DNA of 63,952 nt, the filler included, from Neolecta irregularis DAH-3 (taxonomy: Eukaryota): the NCBI GenBank assembly GCA_001929475.1. It is 14 parts of 14 records of this genome, joined end to end, with 100 filler letters (N's around TTAATTAATTAA, not from the genome) between each part and the next. Parts side by side here need not be neighbours in the genome. Positions count along the whole stretch, not along the records: positions 36,397 to 45,293 come from LXFE01002495.1; positions 45,394 to 46,992 come from LXFE01002497.1; positions 47,093 to 48,672 come from LXFE01002498.1; positions 48,773 to 51,849 come from LXFE01002500.1; 10 more parts are not named here. One strand, given 5' to 3'. How positions within the stretch are numbered: the first letter of the stretch is position 1; each line of letters starts with the position of its first letter. The translations under genes were made by a program, and so were the position numbers. Below the pieces are notes generated by a model. The model was not told the DNA's origin. It ran no database searches and saw only the letters and a list, made by a program, of their open reading frames with translations. Positions 38,675 through 51,102 of this stretch are shown here, in pieces.

Positions 38675-39163
38675 TTAAACCCATTGAATCTGGAGTAAAA
38701 CAGACAAGCAATTTGGTCCATATGCATGCACCGCGCTGTAGTATAGGCCAGAGCCGCATAGCCAGAAATCATCCGTCCCTCTGTATAACAACTGAGATGT
38801 CCCAGAGGCATCCGCGGTTATGGAGAAGAAATCGTCTGCCGGGAACCTGTTCGTGTTTGGGGGCGTTAAGAGGAGTTGATAGCCGTCCTTCTGTTTGGAA
38901 AAGTAAGCGGTCCGATGTTGATCTGCATTTATGGCTTGAAGAGTTCCGTCGCCAATGAGTGCAAAAAAAAGATAGTTCATCGACCATCCGTAAACCACCA
39001 AAGTTTTTTTCTCCAGGAAGGGGTCCATAGTGCCAACGGGCAAATTTGAACAGATTTCAATAGCCCTGTCGCATTCTTTGAGAGTGAATATTCCGGAGGG
39101 TACTTGGTTATGTGCCCCGAGAGCACAGAGAGCGATGGTGGCGAACAAGACGAAAATCTTCAT
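38675..39163 (-). CDS. Small secreted protein (162 aa), PhiA/cell-wall-protein-like C-terminus
   Basis: Signal MKIFVLFATIALCALG; FSIT...LLYRGTDDFWLC...PNCLSVLL. Confidence 0.78.
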   Translation of the reverse strand: MKIFVLFATIALCALGAHNQVPSGIFTLKECDRAIEICSNLPVGTMDPFLEKKTLVVYGWSMNYLFFALIGDGTLQAINADQHRTAYFSKQKDGYQLLLTPPNTNRFPADDFFSITADASGTSQLLYRGTDDFWLCGSGLYYSAVHAYGPNCLSVLLQIQWV

Positions 39164-39798
39164 TGAATGTTTGAGAGTGCACGTAGAGCTACGAGACTAG
39201 GTTTTATAGAAAACAACATCACTAATAGGATATGGCTCCATCCGATTATGGCCCATGACTACAAGCGGCCTATATGTAACATTCTTCCAAGTTGTTTCAA
39301 CGAGTTTAGTTTGATATGGCGACTTCGCATGTTGATGGTGAAGGTTGGCAGTGCCCGTTTACTGTATCATGACCAGAGACGGTTCGTCCGGTGACGGGTT
39401 ATTCCAGGCATTCACTTGAATCTCTTGACTGCGTTTGTATTCATATCTGCCCGAATTTCTAATTGCACGAGTGAATACGACAAGACAAGGCATAGGTGAA
39501 ACCATGCTAGGGTAGAACCCCTTTATTGTATACATGCAGATCATCCCTGGAATGTCTTTCAGATGGCCGTGACTATAATATAGCGTTCCAGGATTATAAA
39601 TCTGCGGGATAGAGGAGACCACTGCCGAGGTCTTGTTGGTTGGTGTAGCACCATGGACTGCATCTGCGAGTACATACAAGGCCAGAAATAGTTGAAATAG
39701 AAAGCTTTCGCCTTTGGTATGATTGACACAAAGCAGCGTCTAATTCTATATGGCGGTGGCCTATCTGTGTCACGGGAAGGCGCGCGGAGTCTTGCACC

Positions 39799-40376
39799 AT
39801 GCTGGACGTGCAATTGCGCTCGCGGTCGCCGGATGCCGTCGAGTTTGCATGCACTTCTGCTCCGCCGCTGTTTGTTGTGCTTCTGGTGCGGTTATCGCAT
39901 GCAGTTCTGGTTGTATCTCTGGTCTCGCCTGCAGTTCGCTCGGCGGTGGGGTTTCCCTTTGCCGCTGCTGCACTGGTCTACATCTGGCTTTCGGCCCTGC
40001 TCCTGCCCCGGCGTAACTGCTAATCTCCAATTCCTACTCACAATCCTAATCCTTAAAGGCGAATCGCTCCTCGTTATCCGCTCCCTCGGCCTGCAGGTCA
40101 CCGCCCACTCTCCTTTCCGCACCTCCACCCGCTTTATTCCCCTCGAACGCATCCGCGACATCTGGATCCACGAGGCATTCTACCGCGGCTGGTGCGTCAA
40201 GCACTACATGTGCATCGTCGTCGACGATCAGGAAGACCTCGTCGTCGTCTTCGAGGTTGGCCGCAGGTCGTTCTTTCCCATGCTAACCTCCAAAGAGCCT
40301 CCTACCGCCCCTGGACATCTTGAAACCAGTCTGGAGGGAAACAAGAAAGATTCTCTTGCTTGGAAAGCATCAGTGA
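39799..40376 (+). CDS. GPI15: GPI-GlcNAc transferase subunit Gpi15/PIG-H, 2 introns
   Basis: MLDVQLRSRSPDAVEF plus two TM segments, then ESLLVIRSLGLQV...FIPLERIRDIWIHEAF...LVVVFE|SLLPPLDILKPVW. Confidence 0.9.
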
Positions 40377-40458
40377 GCATTGCATTCGTCTATATTCTAG
40401 CCTCTTGTCTTCCACAGAAATACAAAAACCCAAGTATCCATCGCGCATCTCTCTCAAT

Positions 40459-40832
40459 TCACAAATCCTTGCCTAGATAATCAGTTGCTTTCTTCCCATT
40501 AAACCATACCTAGCCTTGCCAGATGGTAGTTCATTGACCCTCCCTTTTTTACCGGCATTTTCTAAACAGTCAACTTTGGTCTCTGTGAAAGCACGAACCC
40601 TGTTGGCCATGCAACGTTTCAGCGAATTCGCCAGTGAGGCACACTCAACAGCATCCGGGGTTGCCGATTGTTGCGACCAACAACTCAGCAGCAACGACAT
40701 TTCCACTCCACAAGGGACACCAGCTAGATTTCGTTAGTATAACGAGTGTACTAAAACATTGATACGAGTATCTTTGCGATTTCGCAGGCGGAGACGCGGA
40801 ACAGACAGACGAGGAGGTGTTCTCACTGGCAT
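40459..40832 (-). CDS. MRP10: Mitochondrial small-subunit ribosomal protein mS37 (CHCH domain), 2-3 introns; not visible as one ORF
   Basis: Spliced MPVRTPPRLSVPRLRLRNRKDT|PGVPCGVEMSLLLSCW...CASLANSLKRCM...|SMNYHLARL; twin CX9-10C. Confidence 0.85.
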
Positions 40833-40925
40833 GATGATGGCGGCCAATGTCTGAGAAGGAAACCTCAGTTCTTCCTATGTTGGAGTTCATTCAAATAGCC
40901 AACGAAACTTTGAATCAAAAAGTAT

Positions 40926-41053
40926 GGTTCGGTGGTGTAGTGGCTATCACGACTCGTTTACAGTCACGCAGTAATGCACTATCTGAGCGTTGGTCACAAT
41001 CCTCAGGTATTTAGACACCGAGTCGGTCCCGGGTTCAAACCCCGGTCGAACCT
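40926..41053 (+). tRNA. tRNA-Val(TAC) with 55-nt intron (40963-41017)
   Basis: Acceptor GGTTCGG/TCGAACC, A box TGGTGTAGTGG, anticodon stem ACTCG/CGAGT, loop TT-TAC-A, T arm GGTTCAAAC, T-run terminator. Confidence 0.9.
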
Positions 41054-41220
41054 TCTTTTTGGGGAAATTTGTCTAATTGTCGCTTAGTTCCCTTTTCGCC
41101 CAACTCGCGGTCGGAGTTTAAAGTTTATAAAGAAAAAAGTTACCAGTCGGAAACACCCCAAACGATTCAGCTTTCTTTACAATTCTATGTTTGCTCCGCT
41201 ATCACAGTAAACTCCTAGAA

Positions 41221-42390
41221 ATGACCTCTCCCATTCCCAAGGAGTCACAGATTCCATTATGGAAGGTACTTTCTTATGCATCCTCCGCCATTCACACACA
41301 GGTTATGATTTCTGGTGGAATTGGCGGATTGACTGGAGATTTTCTAATGCATTCTATCGATACCGTAAAGACTCGTCAACAAGCTGCTGTCAATGTCCTT
41401 AAATATCTCAACATGAGTACGGCTTATCGCACAATTTACCACGAAGAAGGAATTCTCAGAGGCTTGTATTCCGGCATTACTCCCGCTTTGATGGGCAGTC
41501 GTATGTTTTCCGGGTCTTGAAGCATCCGTTGACTTTTCTAGTTCCTGGTACTGTTCTTTTTTTTGGAACATATGAATTTTCGAAACGGCGGCTGTTAGAT
41601 ATTGGTTGTCCAGAGACTCCCACTCATCTTTTATCAGGTACCTTTAAACACCCAGCCTTTGGCTTCATTTCTTGCAAAGGACTAATAATCAGGCCTTCTC
41701 GGCGATTTATTCGCGTCTATAATCTATGTCCCTTCTGAAGTGCTGAAAACGCGGTTACAACTTCAGGGACGCTATATGAATCCTTATTTCCATTCGGGGT
41801 ATAATTACCGCTCTACATGGGATGCATTTCGCTTGATCCGCAAGAACGAAGGGTCGAAGGCTTTGTTTCATGGATACAAAGCCACATTATCCCGCGATTT
41901 ACCCTTTTCCGCTCTCCAATTTGCATTTTACGAACAATTTAGAGCATGGGGCCAGCGATATTCAGGGCATGACAATATCGGAATAAAACTGGATTTTTTG
42001 ACAGGAGGGATGGCGGGAGCTTTCGCTGGATTTTTAACTACCCCTTTAGGTATGTATTATATCATTGCATCTTGAACGGGTGACTGACCATTTCTAGATG
42101 TAGTGAAAACTCGGTTGCAAACTCAGAAACCTTTCCCAATATCAAGAACAGTGGGGTTACAAAGAAATATCAGCATATCACCACCATCAACCACCCCCCC
42201 ACAAACCCACCTCATTCGATTAACCACACAAAGCGTTGTTACTGGGCTCTCCACGATTTACAGGACTGAAGGATGGATCGGCCTGTTTCGTGGGGTAGGG
42301 CCTCGTGTAGCGTGGACCTGTTCACAGAGTGGGTTTATGTTTGTCATATATGAGAGTGTATTGCGCTTGTTGAACTATGATGGACGGTAA
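41221..42390 (+). CDS. MME1: Mitochondrial carrier family protein, Mme1/YMR166C-like, 4 introns
   Basis: [65 protein letters not shown]. Confidence 0.88.
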
Positions 42391-44413
42391 TAGCTGTACA
42401 TTTTGGGGGTGCGTTTGTATTTTGGTCTGGCGTTTTGTGTAGATAGATATCATTGTAATAAATCACTGTTGGGGTGGAAAGTAAAGCAATAATGATCCAA
42501 ATCTTTGAAATTTTCTGTTTGTATGAATGGGTTAGTTAGTTAGTCACTCACACCTATCATCGCTATCCACCCCAAACCCCCAATTCATCTCAAAAACACT
42601 TAAGATTGAAAACATGGATGATGAAGAAAGAAGTCAACAAAATGCTGATTAAAATTTTGGTACTAATTAATAGCCTATTAACAATAGGATCTAAACCCAG
42701 CGCTGCGAATACCCCACCCCACATTATCCACCTCATGCCCGGGGTTAGGGTGCCGCGGTTGGGTATTCGGAGCACTGATTGAACCTGCACCTGAAGACGC
42801 CATGAGATTTCTCCTCTCATGCATGCCATAACCGTTCGGCCATGCTGCCTCTGAATATATTTCAGTAACACAGGCAAAAAAGAGCAATACCAGTAAAACG
42901 GGTCTCAAAGATGGTCAAAGGGTATCCCACTTAAGAAGGCACAACACCAAACTAGTTTATTCAAATTAGAACGCATCCTTATTTTGATTGTCAAATCTAG
43001 CTTCAAGGATCTAACCTAATGCAAACAAAATCAAAAACCAATCACTGCTATTGAGTAGAATCTGTCTCAAGCTTTGAAATCCGGTAGGGAGGGTAGAAGA
43101 GTGTCGATAGTTATAAATTGTATAGATAAAGTTTGTGCGTTGGTTAGTAATAAATTGTTCAAGTTGTCAAGATGAAAGAAAAGAGGGGCAGAAGACTATC
43201 CCAAATACTTGCAGAGTCCGTCATACTTATGACTAGCAAGTGGGTACAGGCGGACGATCGTTGCACCATTGCCGGAGGGTGAGAATGCTTCCTCTAAAAC
43301 CAGGCGCCCATCTTTATATACATTTCTATCTAATGTCTTATTTCTTTCTCTGCCACTTGCTGTATTGGTGTGGGTATATCCGGTAATAGCGGGGATATAC
43401 CCTTACCATCCTTTTAACTATGATCCTCTTCAGATGTCACTCAGCCATTGAAATGTATTAAACGCTGAAGTAGCGAAGCAATAGAGCTTCTCGTATCCCG
43501 CCCTGTGATGTTCCATACGCAAACAAGTAACTCATCTCTGTGCGCCTCTCTAGTTAATCCGGGTTTATACTGCGACAAGATTTGACTTTTGACCAGCAAA
43601 ACAATGACTGGCCAAGAGGAAAAACAAATTGTCACACCTCGTAAATGGGAGATATTCATCATTCTAAAGACTATAGCTCTCGTCACAAATTTCTTGATCA
43701 GNNNNNNNNNNGGGCGTTAGTGCAGCTTTGGATAACCGCACAATAAGTCCTTTTGTATAAAGACCTAGTGGGTTTACTGAACTAATACTTGAAAATAAAT
43801 ATCTAGTCCACATGTGGGATGATACGGTCGAAGACTGATTGAGCGATAGCGGGGAAGCAGGGTGAGGATGCTCGAGCAATCCGAGTTCCCTCTTTTTCCT
43901 CGATGTTTCCAGAATCCTAAAACCTCAATGACGCTACAACTACAGCCTGTGTGTTAACAAGCATTATCCAACCGTCCTACAAATGTGCAGATACAGGACT
44001 AATAGATTTACAAGTATGAGCCACGTCATTGTAGAAAATCAAGGAAGAGAAAACTCATCAGATAACCGGAAAAACCCACATGTACCAGTTTCTTGCGACA
44101 AGTGTTTGTGATGGCCCAGTACTATGCAATGTCCTCGTTCTGGCGGCTATGTTTGGGAGCGCGTATTGGGTGATATTGGCACAGAGGTATTGACAAAAGG
44201 GGCCGATGGAGACTGAGGCAAGGATAGTGAGAGGTAGCGGATAGCTAGCTGTATTGAAGGAGAGCAAAGGCCGATTCTTTGCAGTGAAATTGTAGAACTT
44301 GGTTTGGTCAATGATATTAACGAGCAGCAAACAGTTATTCATTGCAATATTCAGGAGTTTGCATATGGCTTGCTAATTATACATTGACATTCTCGATCTG
44401 CGCGCTATTTTGC

Positions 44414-44881
44414 TCAATCCGTGCATCCTTCCATAACGATCAAGTTAACCGGTTGGCAATCACCATCGACCTGATTGAGTGACAGTAAATATTGGTTACC
44501 GATGGCACAAACAGCGAGCTGTCCTTGAGTGGTAGAAAACTGATCTCCGACGATAGCAAAGGTGGCTTTGACTGCCTCAACCGAACGGGATTCGAATGTG
44601 AGACAGGGCATCGTACTCCCATCTCCTAACTTGACATCGTACCACGATGCAGCAGAAGTGCGGAAGTCGTCCAAAATATGAGTACCATCGAACGGCACTG
44701 GTACTTCATTGCCCCCAGATCCCACCATTGCGCATTTAATCGATGGCGACCCTTCAACAGTCGAAAATCCGACACTATATCCCTGGTAGGTTCCTCCATT
44801 TACCGACAGGCTTATCGAGCACCTGTCGCCAAGGCAGACTGTAGCGAAAAGGACCGCAAATAGGAGAGTAGGAAACTGCAT
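44414..44881 (-). CDS. Small secreted Cys-containing protein (about 155 aa)
   Basis: Signal MQFPTLLFAVLFATVCLG; C-terminal LAVC...DCQPVNL. Confidence 0.75.
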   Translation of the reverse strand: MQFPTLLFAVLFATVCLGDRCSISLSVNGGTYQGYSVGFSTVEGSPSIKCAMVGSGGNEVPVPFDGTHILDDFRTSAASWYDVKLGDGSTMPCLTFESRSVEAVKATFAIVGDQFSTTQGQLAVCAIGNQYLLSLNQVDGDCQPVNLIVMEGCTD

Positions 44882-45016
44882 GTTCAAAGACATGATGATT
44901 TTTACCGGCCAAAGCATGAATTATATACTGGATTCCGGCAATCTTGCAACCCCGTAACAGTTTCAGCCTAAACATTTCTAAAATAAATACTTCCCATAAC
45001 TTGAGTAGAATAGGTC

Positions 45017-45293
45017 ATTTCTGCTGTGAATTGCGCTGTTGCATATAGCGCAAATAGCTCTGTTTGACTAATGAAATGGGACCAACCTAATCACGGCACA
45101 GTCGAAGAAGCCAAAACAAGGATTGTTGTGGGATAGTTGGGACGAGGTATGACGAAAGGTCGCAGTTATTTTTGGTGCTAGCAGTAGACTGGCTAATAAG
45201 TCTGGCGGACAAAAATTGGCAAGTAAGCAAGTACAAAAACGTAGACTTGCTTGAATGGACTTGATAGACTTGATAGTTTAAGACTTTTAATGA
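45017..45293. repeat. Family A repeat copy (near-duplicate of 36397-36712)
   Basis: Direct alignment with several substitutions and fewer GACTTGATA units. Confidence 0.85.
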
Positions 45294-45393
45294 NNNNNNN
45301 NNNNNNNNNNNNNNNNNNNNNNNNNNNNNNNNNNNNNTTAATTAATTAANNNNNNNNNNNNNNNNNNNNNNNNNNNNNNNNNNNNNNNNNNNN

Positions 45394-45708
45394 TTTGTTG
45401 TCTCGAAAAAGCGCACAATCAGGAAAGCTCTCGACAAGATAGCGACAGACATCGATGCAACCTTCTACAGAACGACTACCACATTAACCCCTGCAGTTAG
45501 CAGAATGATAAACCTGCCATCTTGAAGGACGACTTTTGGATTCTTGGCCTCAATAATTTTCACAACCAGACCTTCCGGGTATATTTTGATGATAGAAGCA
45601 GCGGCTATAGCTGCAGCTTACAGATAAGCGTACGGGCAAGTATCAGGCAGTCCAACCGTAACCATTCGCTTGTGAGGAAACCTCTATGGTCAAGTTTTTT
45701 GCGTCCAT
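45394..45708 (-). CDS. 5' part of a gene with GST-N-like start (possibly an aminoacyl-tRNA synthetase such as GluRS); truncated by linker
   Basis: Two GT-AG introns join MDAKNLTIEVSSQANGY|AAAIAAASIIK...VVLQDG|SRSVEGCIDVCRYLVESFP; divergent from IMG1. Confidence 0.5.
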
Positions 45709-45901
45709 TGTTGGAGTGAGGTGATATGGCGGAAGTTGAAGAATAGAAATGAATTCACAGGAAGAAATAAGGAGTATGACAGTCAGAGGTTATTTGGAAT
45801 AACGGTAGATAGATAGGTCTGGGTATTGTGGAAAAGTGTGGTAGTCCGGAAGCCTATTTTCTCTATAACGAAAGTTCTGTTTTTCAGCCCAGTCTGAATA
45901 C

Positions 45902-46440
45902 ATGGCCGCGACCTCAGTTTCTCACCTGAAAGGTAATCTCTGCATTTGCATTCTCTTCTCATGCTCCCAGTCACTCCAAGGCTCAAGAGAGCTCGTATTC
46001 CCGTCTTTCCTGCCCTTCCGGCCCCTGTTCCCAATGTTATTAATGCCTACCACAACAAACAGCTGCGAGTACTAGATCCCCGAAATGAGCGGCGGTTTCT
46101 TTTCGATCGTTCTTCCGCGTCGTCTATTCGCGCAGGTGCAGTTGTGCAAGTCGACTATCTCAATTACCCAACGAAAACGCAATCCAGCTTTACTGGTGTC
46201 ATCATGGCGATCAAGCGACGAGGAATAGAAACAAGTTTCCGACTAAGGAACAAGGTTTCAACCACGGGCGTTGAGATTGTATTTCCGCTCTACAGTCCGA
46301 TGGTTCAAGGAATAAAGGTTTTGCAGCACAGCTGGCAAAAACGGACACGACGAGCGAAACTATTTTACCTTAGAAAACCAAAGCATGATATCAAGTCGTC
46401 CATCAAGGTTAGCCAAAAACCAATCATGTCAATTGCGTAG
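45902..46440 (+). CDS. IMG1: Mitochondrial ribosomal protein bL19m, 1 intron
   Basis: IRAGAVVQV, FTGVIMAIKRRG, SFRLRN, GVEIVFPLYSP, RRAKLFYLR. Confidence 0.93.
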
Positions 46441-46539
46441 TTTCAATTCAACCGTGTTAACAAGTATCCAAAGAGTTCAAGGATGTCAGTCACAGTCATC
46501 TGTATGCAAGCAGCTGGTGAGTATACCATAAGCAAGAGG

Positions 46540-46992
46540 TAAAAGTTTGTTAGATATCATTAATTTAATCATTTTCAATATCTCACTCATTATAACACTG
46601 CACCCTACTAGAATGTTTTATTGTGGTCATGAATTTGATAATAACTGGAACCTCAATTCCAGCTATTTTGTAACAAGCTGGGAATCATTGCAACGATTCC
46701 TAATAGTTAACACCAACCAGTATGATGTTAGAAAACTGATTCATAAATCCATATTTCTTGAATCTGATTCTTATTCAATACTTTAGTCGAAAGGTTCTGT
46801 TGGTAGTGTTGTCAAAGTTGAAGAAGATAGGATTAGTCATGACAACTGGCAGAGGAGCATCTGGGAGGGGGGTATATTGTAGATGATGACTGAGTATGTA
46901 ATGTTGTGGAAGGGCCGTGGCCTACCCGCAACATTATTTCCCGCCCTCGCAAGATGGGAAATAATCAGTCAGCCTCTTCGCAGCCTTATATA
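46540..46992 (+). mobile_element. Degenerate LTR-retrotransposon 3' end (polypurine tract plus start of LTR)
   Basis: AT-rich, CpG-poor stretch, then GGGAGGGGGG followed closely by TGTAGA at about 46863-46885. Confidence 0.35.
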
Positions 46993-47486
46993 NNNNNNNN
47001 NNNNNNNNNNNNNNNNNNNNNNNNNNNNNNNNNNNNTTAATTAATTAANNNNNNNNNNNNNNNNNNNNNNNNNNNNNNNNNNNNNNNNNNNNGGCTAATT
47101 GCCTCAGCTTTGGCCTCTATTTCGTAATTTGAATTTGAATTGCCTAAGTTCTAGGGGCCACAGGCGACGTTTTGCTGAGAGAGAATGTGAAGAGGAGTTA
47201 ACATTTGGCTAAAGTCTGCAAGATTTTCTTATATTCAAAAGTCCGTGTGACTCGATCAAGTGATTTGTAGGGATTGGTGAAAGTTCTTGGTGCATAACTC
47301 CTAAAAATTGTTCTACCGCAAGGCAGGCTTTTTATTTCCCCTTTCTCCCAAGGAAAAATCTACCGGATAGGCGCTCTTAGCGCGCTTGAGATCAGTCATA
47401 TCATAGTATATTCTCTGGCTCCCGAAACTTCATAATCGTTCGCACTAACTCTAAAACATTCTGCAAACACTAGTATGTTTTTGTTT

Positions 47487-48550
47487 TCAGGGCACAACGG
47501 TAGGATCCCAATCTTGATGTATGAGAGTTAACAATCAGATTGACATACCTATGACTCGATACTCATCCAAGGAGTTAAGAGCCTCTACATCCTCTGGAGA
47601 AAGACAAAAATCAAACACATCAGAGTTCTCAATTATTCTCTCTTTCGTGACAGACTTTGGGAGAACAACAAAACCCTTGATAATAAAAGGAGTAGTTTAA
47701 TAATAAGGCATACTCGTTGAAGACACCATCTTATCAGAAGATGGACAACCGACTTTGGCTTGTACTTTTCGGCAATTGAAACAAGCTTAGGATCTCTTAA
47801 GTAGAGTCCGTGCGTAAGAGGAGAATAAGCCCATCCTTAGCACGACGCTTCGTTGGGTAGTACCTCTATGACGATGTGATGTTTTTCGCAAAAAGAAACC
47901 TGGAACTTGGTCAGTCGTCTGAATATTATCTTCCATACTATATCATTTCGGGTAATAAACGGGTTGATCTCGACTTGATTGACTGAAGGCAGTATCTTGG
48001 GTTTTGCGTCGAGAAGTTCTTGTAGGTGATGGACTCCATAGTTGGAGACGCCGATACTTTTGATTATTCCTTGGGCAACAGCTTCTTCCATCGCCCTCCA
48101 GCTCGCAAGTCGTTTCTCTTTACCTGGATTCGGCGAATGGATGAGGTAGAGGTCAATATATCCGAGATTACATTCTCTCAGGGATTTATCGATAGCTGCT
48201 TTGGTTCTTTCGTAACCATGGTCTGGATCCCAAAGCTTTGTGGAGAAAAAGACTGCTAATAAGCAGCAATTCAAAGTCGGTATACCCTCTGACCGCTGGT
48301 TACCACTCTTCTTGAGCCAAGAGTTTATTGCAATCCCGCATTCTTTCTCATTGTGATAGCATGAAGCACTATCAACTGCTCGATAGCCAGCTTCGAGAGC
48401 CCATGCAACGGCATCGACACATTCCTTCCCTTCAGACAAATAGACACCAAGAGCAATTCGGGGGAAGAATCTCCCGTCACTGAGCTTTTGTCAGATAAAA
48501 GCGAATTTCCTTTTTACTTTGACCGTGGAATCTATCAAATATTTCGACAT
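47487..48550 (-). CDS. Aldo-keto reductase (AKR5 / 2,5-DKG reductase-like), 6 introns
   Basis: [59 protein letters not shown]. Confidence 0.93.
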
Positions 48551-49343
48551 GATGGTGGAACCGTCGCTTTTTTTTCCAGACATGCCATCAACGCAAAGCA
48601 CCTTTAATATACATCAAAGTGAATGATTGTGCCTGAGAGACAATATTCTGAATATAAAACAGCCCAAACAATNNNNNNNNNNNNNNNNNNNNNNNNNNNN
48701 NNNNNNNNNNNNNNNNTTAATTAATTAANNNNNNNNNNNNNNNNNNNNNNNNNNNNNNNNNNNNNNNNNNNNATAAAAGCTATCAGCTGTTCGAATTATC
48801 TCGTTACGAGGCCAGAATAAATGCACTGCTATCGTTGCCTCGCATTTATATCACTGACTGGAAAGAAGAAAGAGTTGTAAAAAGATCGTAGATTCCATAT
48901 TTTTAGGTATTTTAATTAGTCTTATCCGAATTTCCGAGGAAATTCTCTTTGACGACATAGTCGTTCCGAAAGAAAATACAGTCCAGAGCTTTCAACGTAT
49001 AGTGAATGAGTTGAAACTAGTGACAAGATTAACTTAGAATCAATCTAGCTCATCTCAGAAAGGTATGGAAGATTTCGTCCTAAACTTCTTCAATGAGAAC
49101 TGACCGGAGGACTTTATGTATTGCTTTCTTGATTGTTGCTTCATTCTGACAGAAGGTAAATTTTGCAAAACAACTGATGAGATTGCTCAATGATATTGTA
49201 GTGTACCAAGTGAATTAGGATATACAAGCTGCTATGCTTCTACTAAAATTGTAAAATATGAAAAAATTGATCCCTTCAGATTTTCAGACGATTTAACAAC
49301 ATTAGGAATGAATACAACAAGAGACCACATTAAATATGTTCCT

Positions 49344-51102
49344 TCATTCTATTCCCAACGTCGATAATCCTTCATCTTCACCAAAGGCTTCAATCAAACA
49401 TTCAACTGTCATCTCAACTTCATCTCCACAGCGACCATTCAGTTTCTTGGGTGGAAAAATAACAGATCGGACAGTATGGATCACCCCGTTCTGGGCCATA
49501 AGATCAGACAGAGTAACAATATTTTCCCCGTTAATCTTTACATCAAGAAATCTACTGAATCTGAAAACGTCGATGCTAATCGTACGATCTTTCTAGTCTT
49601 TATTAAACAGGTTGTGGGAGAAGAAGATTTACAAGGAGCGTCTGAACATCGATATGATAGTGGGCATTGCTTTGCACAAGGGCGTCGGTATACGCAATAT
49701 CATTCGGGACAAGATGATATTCGAGTATCTTCTTGAGAACCCCTTCTCCCCTCTTTGAAAGCAAGAAATTCCGGATTTTCCTCCTATATTTAATTAGTTT
49801 CTTTTGTGAAAAGAGATCGTACGGAAGTGAGAAGAAGGCTTGGTTCGATGGCATGAAAACAGTCCCCTTCAGTTTGTTGATCAAACCAGTCTTGTAAGCT
49901 GTATACAGGAACAATGAAGAATGCTCAGGAAACAATTCAATGACTTCCCTGATCTCTGGAGGTGGTTCGATAACCGAATCGACAGTATAGATGATTCCAT
50001 TCTTGGCATCAGCCCCTTTGCATTTGACATTAGAATGCAGATTTAATGTCAGCCCTTGTAATTCAACGGATACTCGAAGACGCTGAATGAGGCCATTCAC
50101 TTCATACATAGTCGGAAGCGTGCGAGATGCGAAAAGATCTCGAGGGGCATAGAAGCTCGGGGATATATGATATGGGATGAACCCAATCAACTCTTCATCG
50201 GAGACATGATCTGTGAGACGATCGAATGCTTTGTCTGTTGGCGCAAATAACGTTATGCTTTTATCCTTCTGGCTTAATAAAACGAAAAGATCCTTGTCCT
50301 GAGTAACGAGCGCGTATAGCTTCTTGTGACTGCGAATATCAATCCATAATCACGTAAGGAAGATGAACATTGGGCTAATCTCTAACATATCCAATAACGT
50401 CATCTCCATGTATTCGCGGGAGCCATCATTCTGTCTAAAGCAAACAAGCTTGTCAATCTCTGACGAATCTTCACTACCGGATGCCAAAGGTTGTAGTGTA
50501 ATAACATTATCTGTGAAAGGAGCGTCGAGTACCTTCGCAAGGTGATCTCGCACCTCCTCAAGTAAAGGTTCATACATATCTAGCCGATTAGGATAACTTG
50601 AGCTGTGAAACTGGCCGTCACGGATAAATCCAAGATCTGATCCTCCAACTTCCCCAGATCCCTTTTCTGGAAATTCGGAAGATGTGCTTGTCCACTGATC
50701 ATATTCGTCGGNNNNNNNNNNTTGGCCGTCACGGATAAATCCAAGATCTGATCCTTCAACTTCCCCAGATCCCTTTTCTGGAAATTCGGAAGATGTGCTT
50801 GTCCACTGATCATATTCGTCGGCATCTCGGATTTGCGATATAATCAATCTAGGAAGTACTACATCTGTAATCCGATCAGCCGCAAGGTCATATTGGATTA
50901 TCTCTTCATTATCATCGACAATATGATATTCTTCCGGATCCCATTCGTCTTCAGAGCATTGGAGATGTTCTTCTGCCAGGAAATCAAACTGGTCCAGTTT
51001 TCCTGAACATTTCTGAACGACAAGGGCACGATACTGATCATCGCCTGGGATCAGGAACCCCAGAGCAAGAGGAGAAATAAAAACAGGTAGATATGGCTTC
51101 AT
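49344..51102 (-). CDS. Secreted fasciclin (FAS1)-domain protein, about 3 introns
   Basis: Signal-like MKPYLPVFISPLALGF; TLFAPTDKAF, AKNGIIYTVDSVI, TVFMPSNQAF, ILEYHLVP, AQNGVIHTVRSVI; ~100-bp duplication across the 10-N gap at 50712. Confidence 0.88.

Noticed and set aside
50612-50822. Exact-looking duplications flanking 10-N gaps (also 5437-5580, 36715-37290, 27180-27278)
   Set aside because: Typical unmerged contig overlaps or misplaced mini-contigs; unsupported without long reads.
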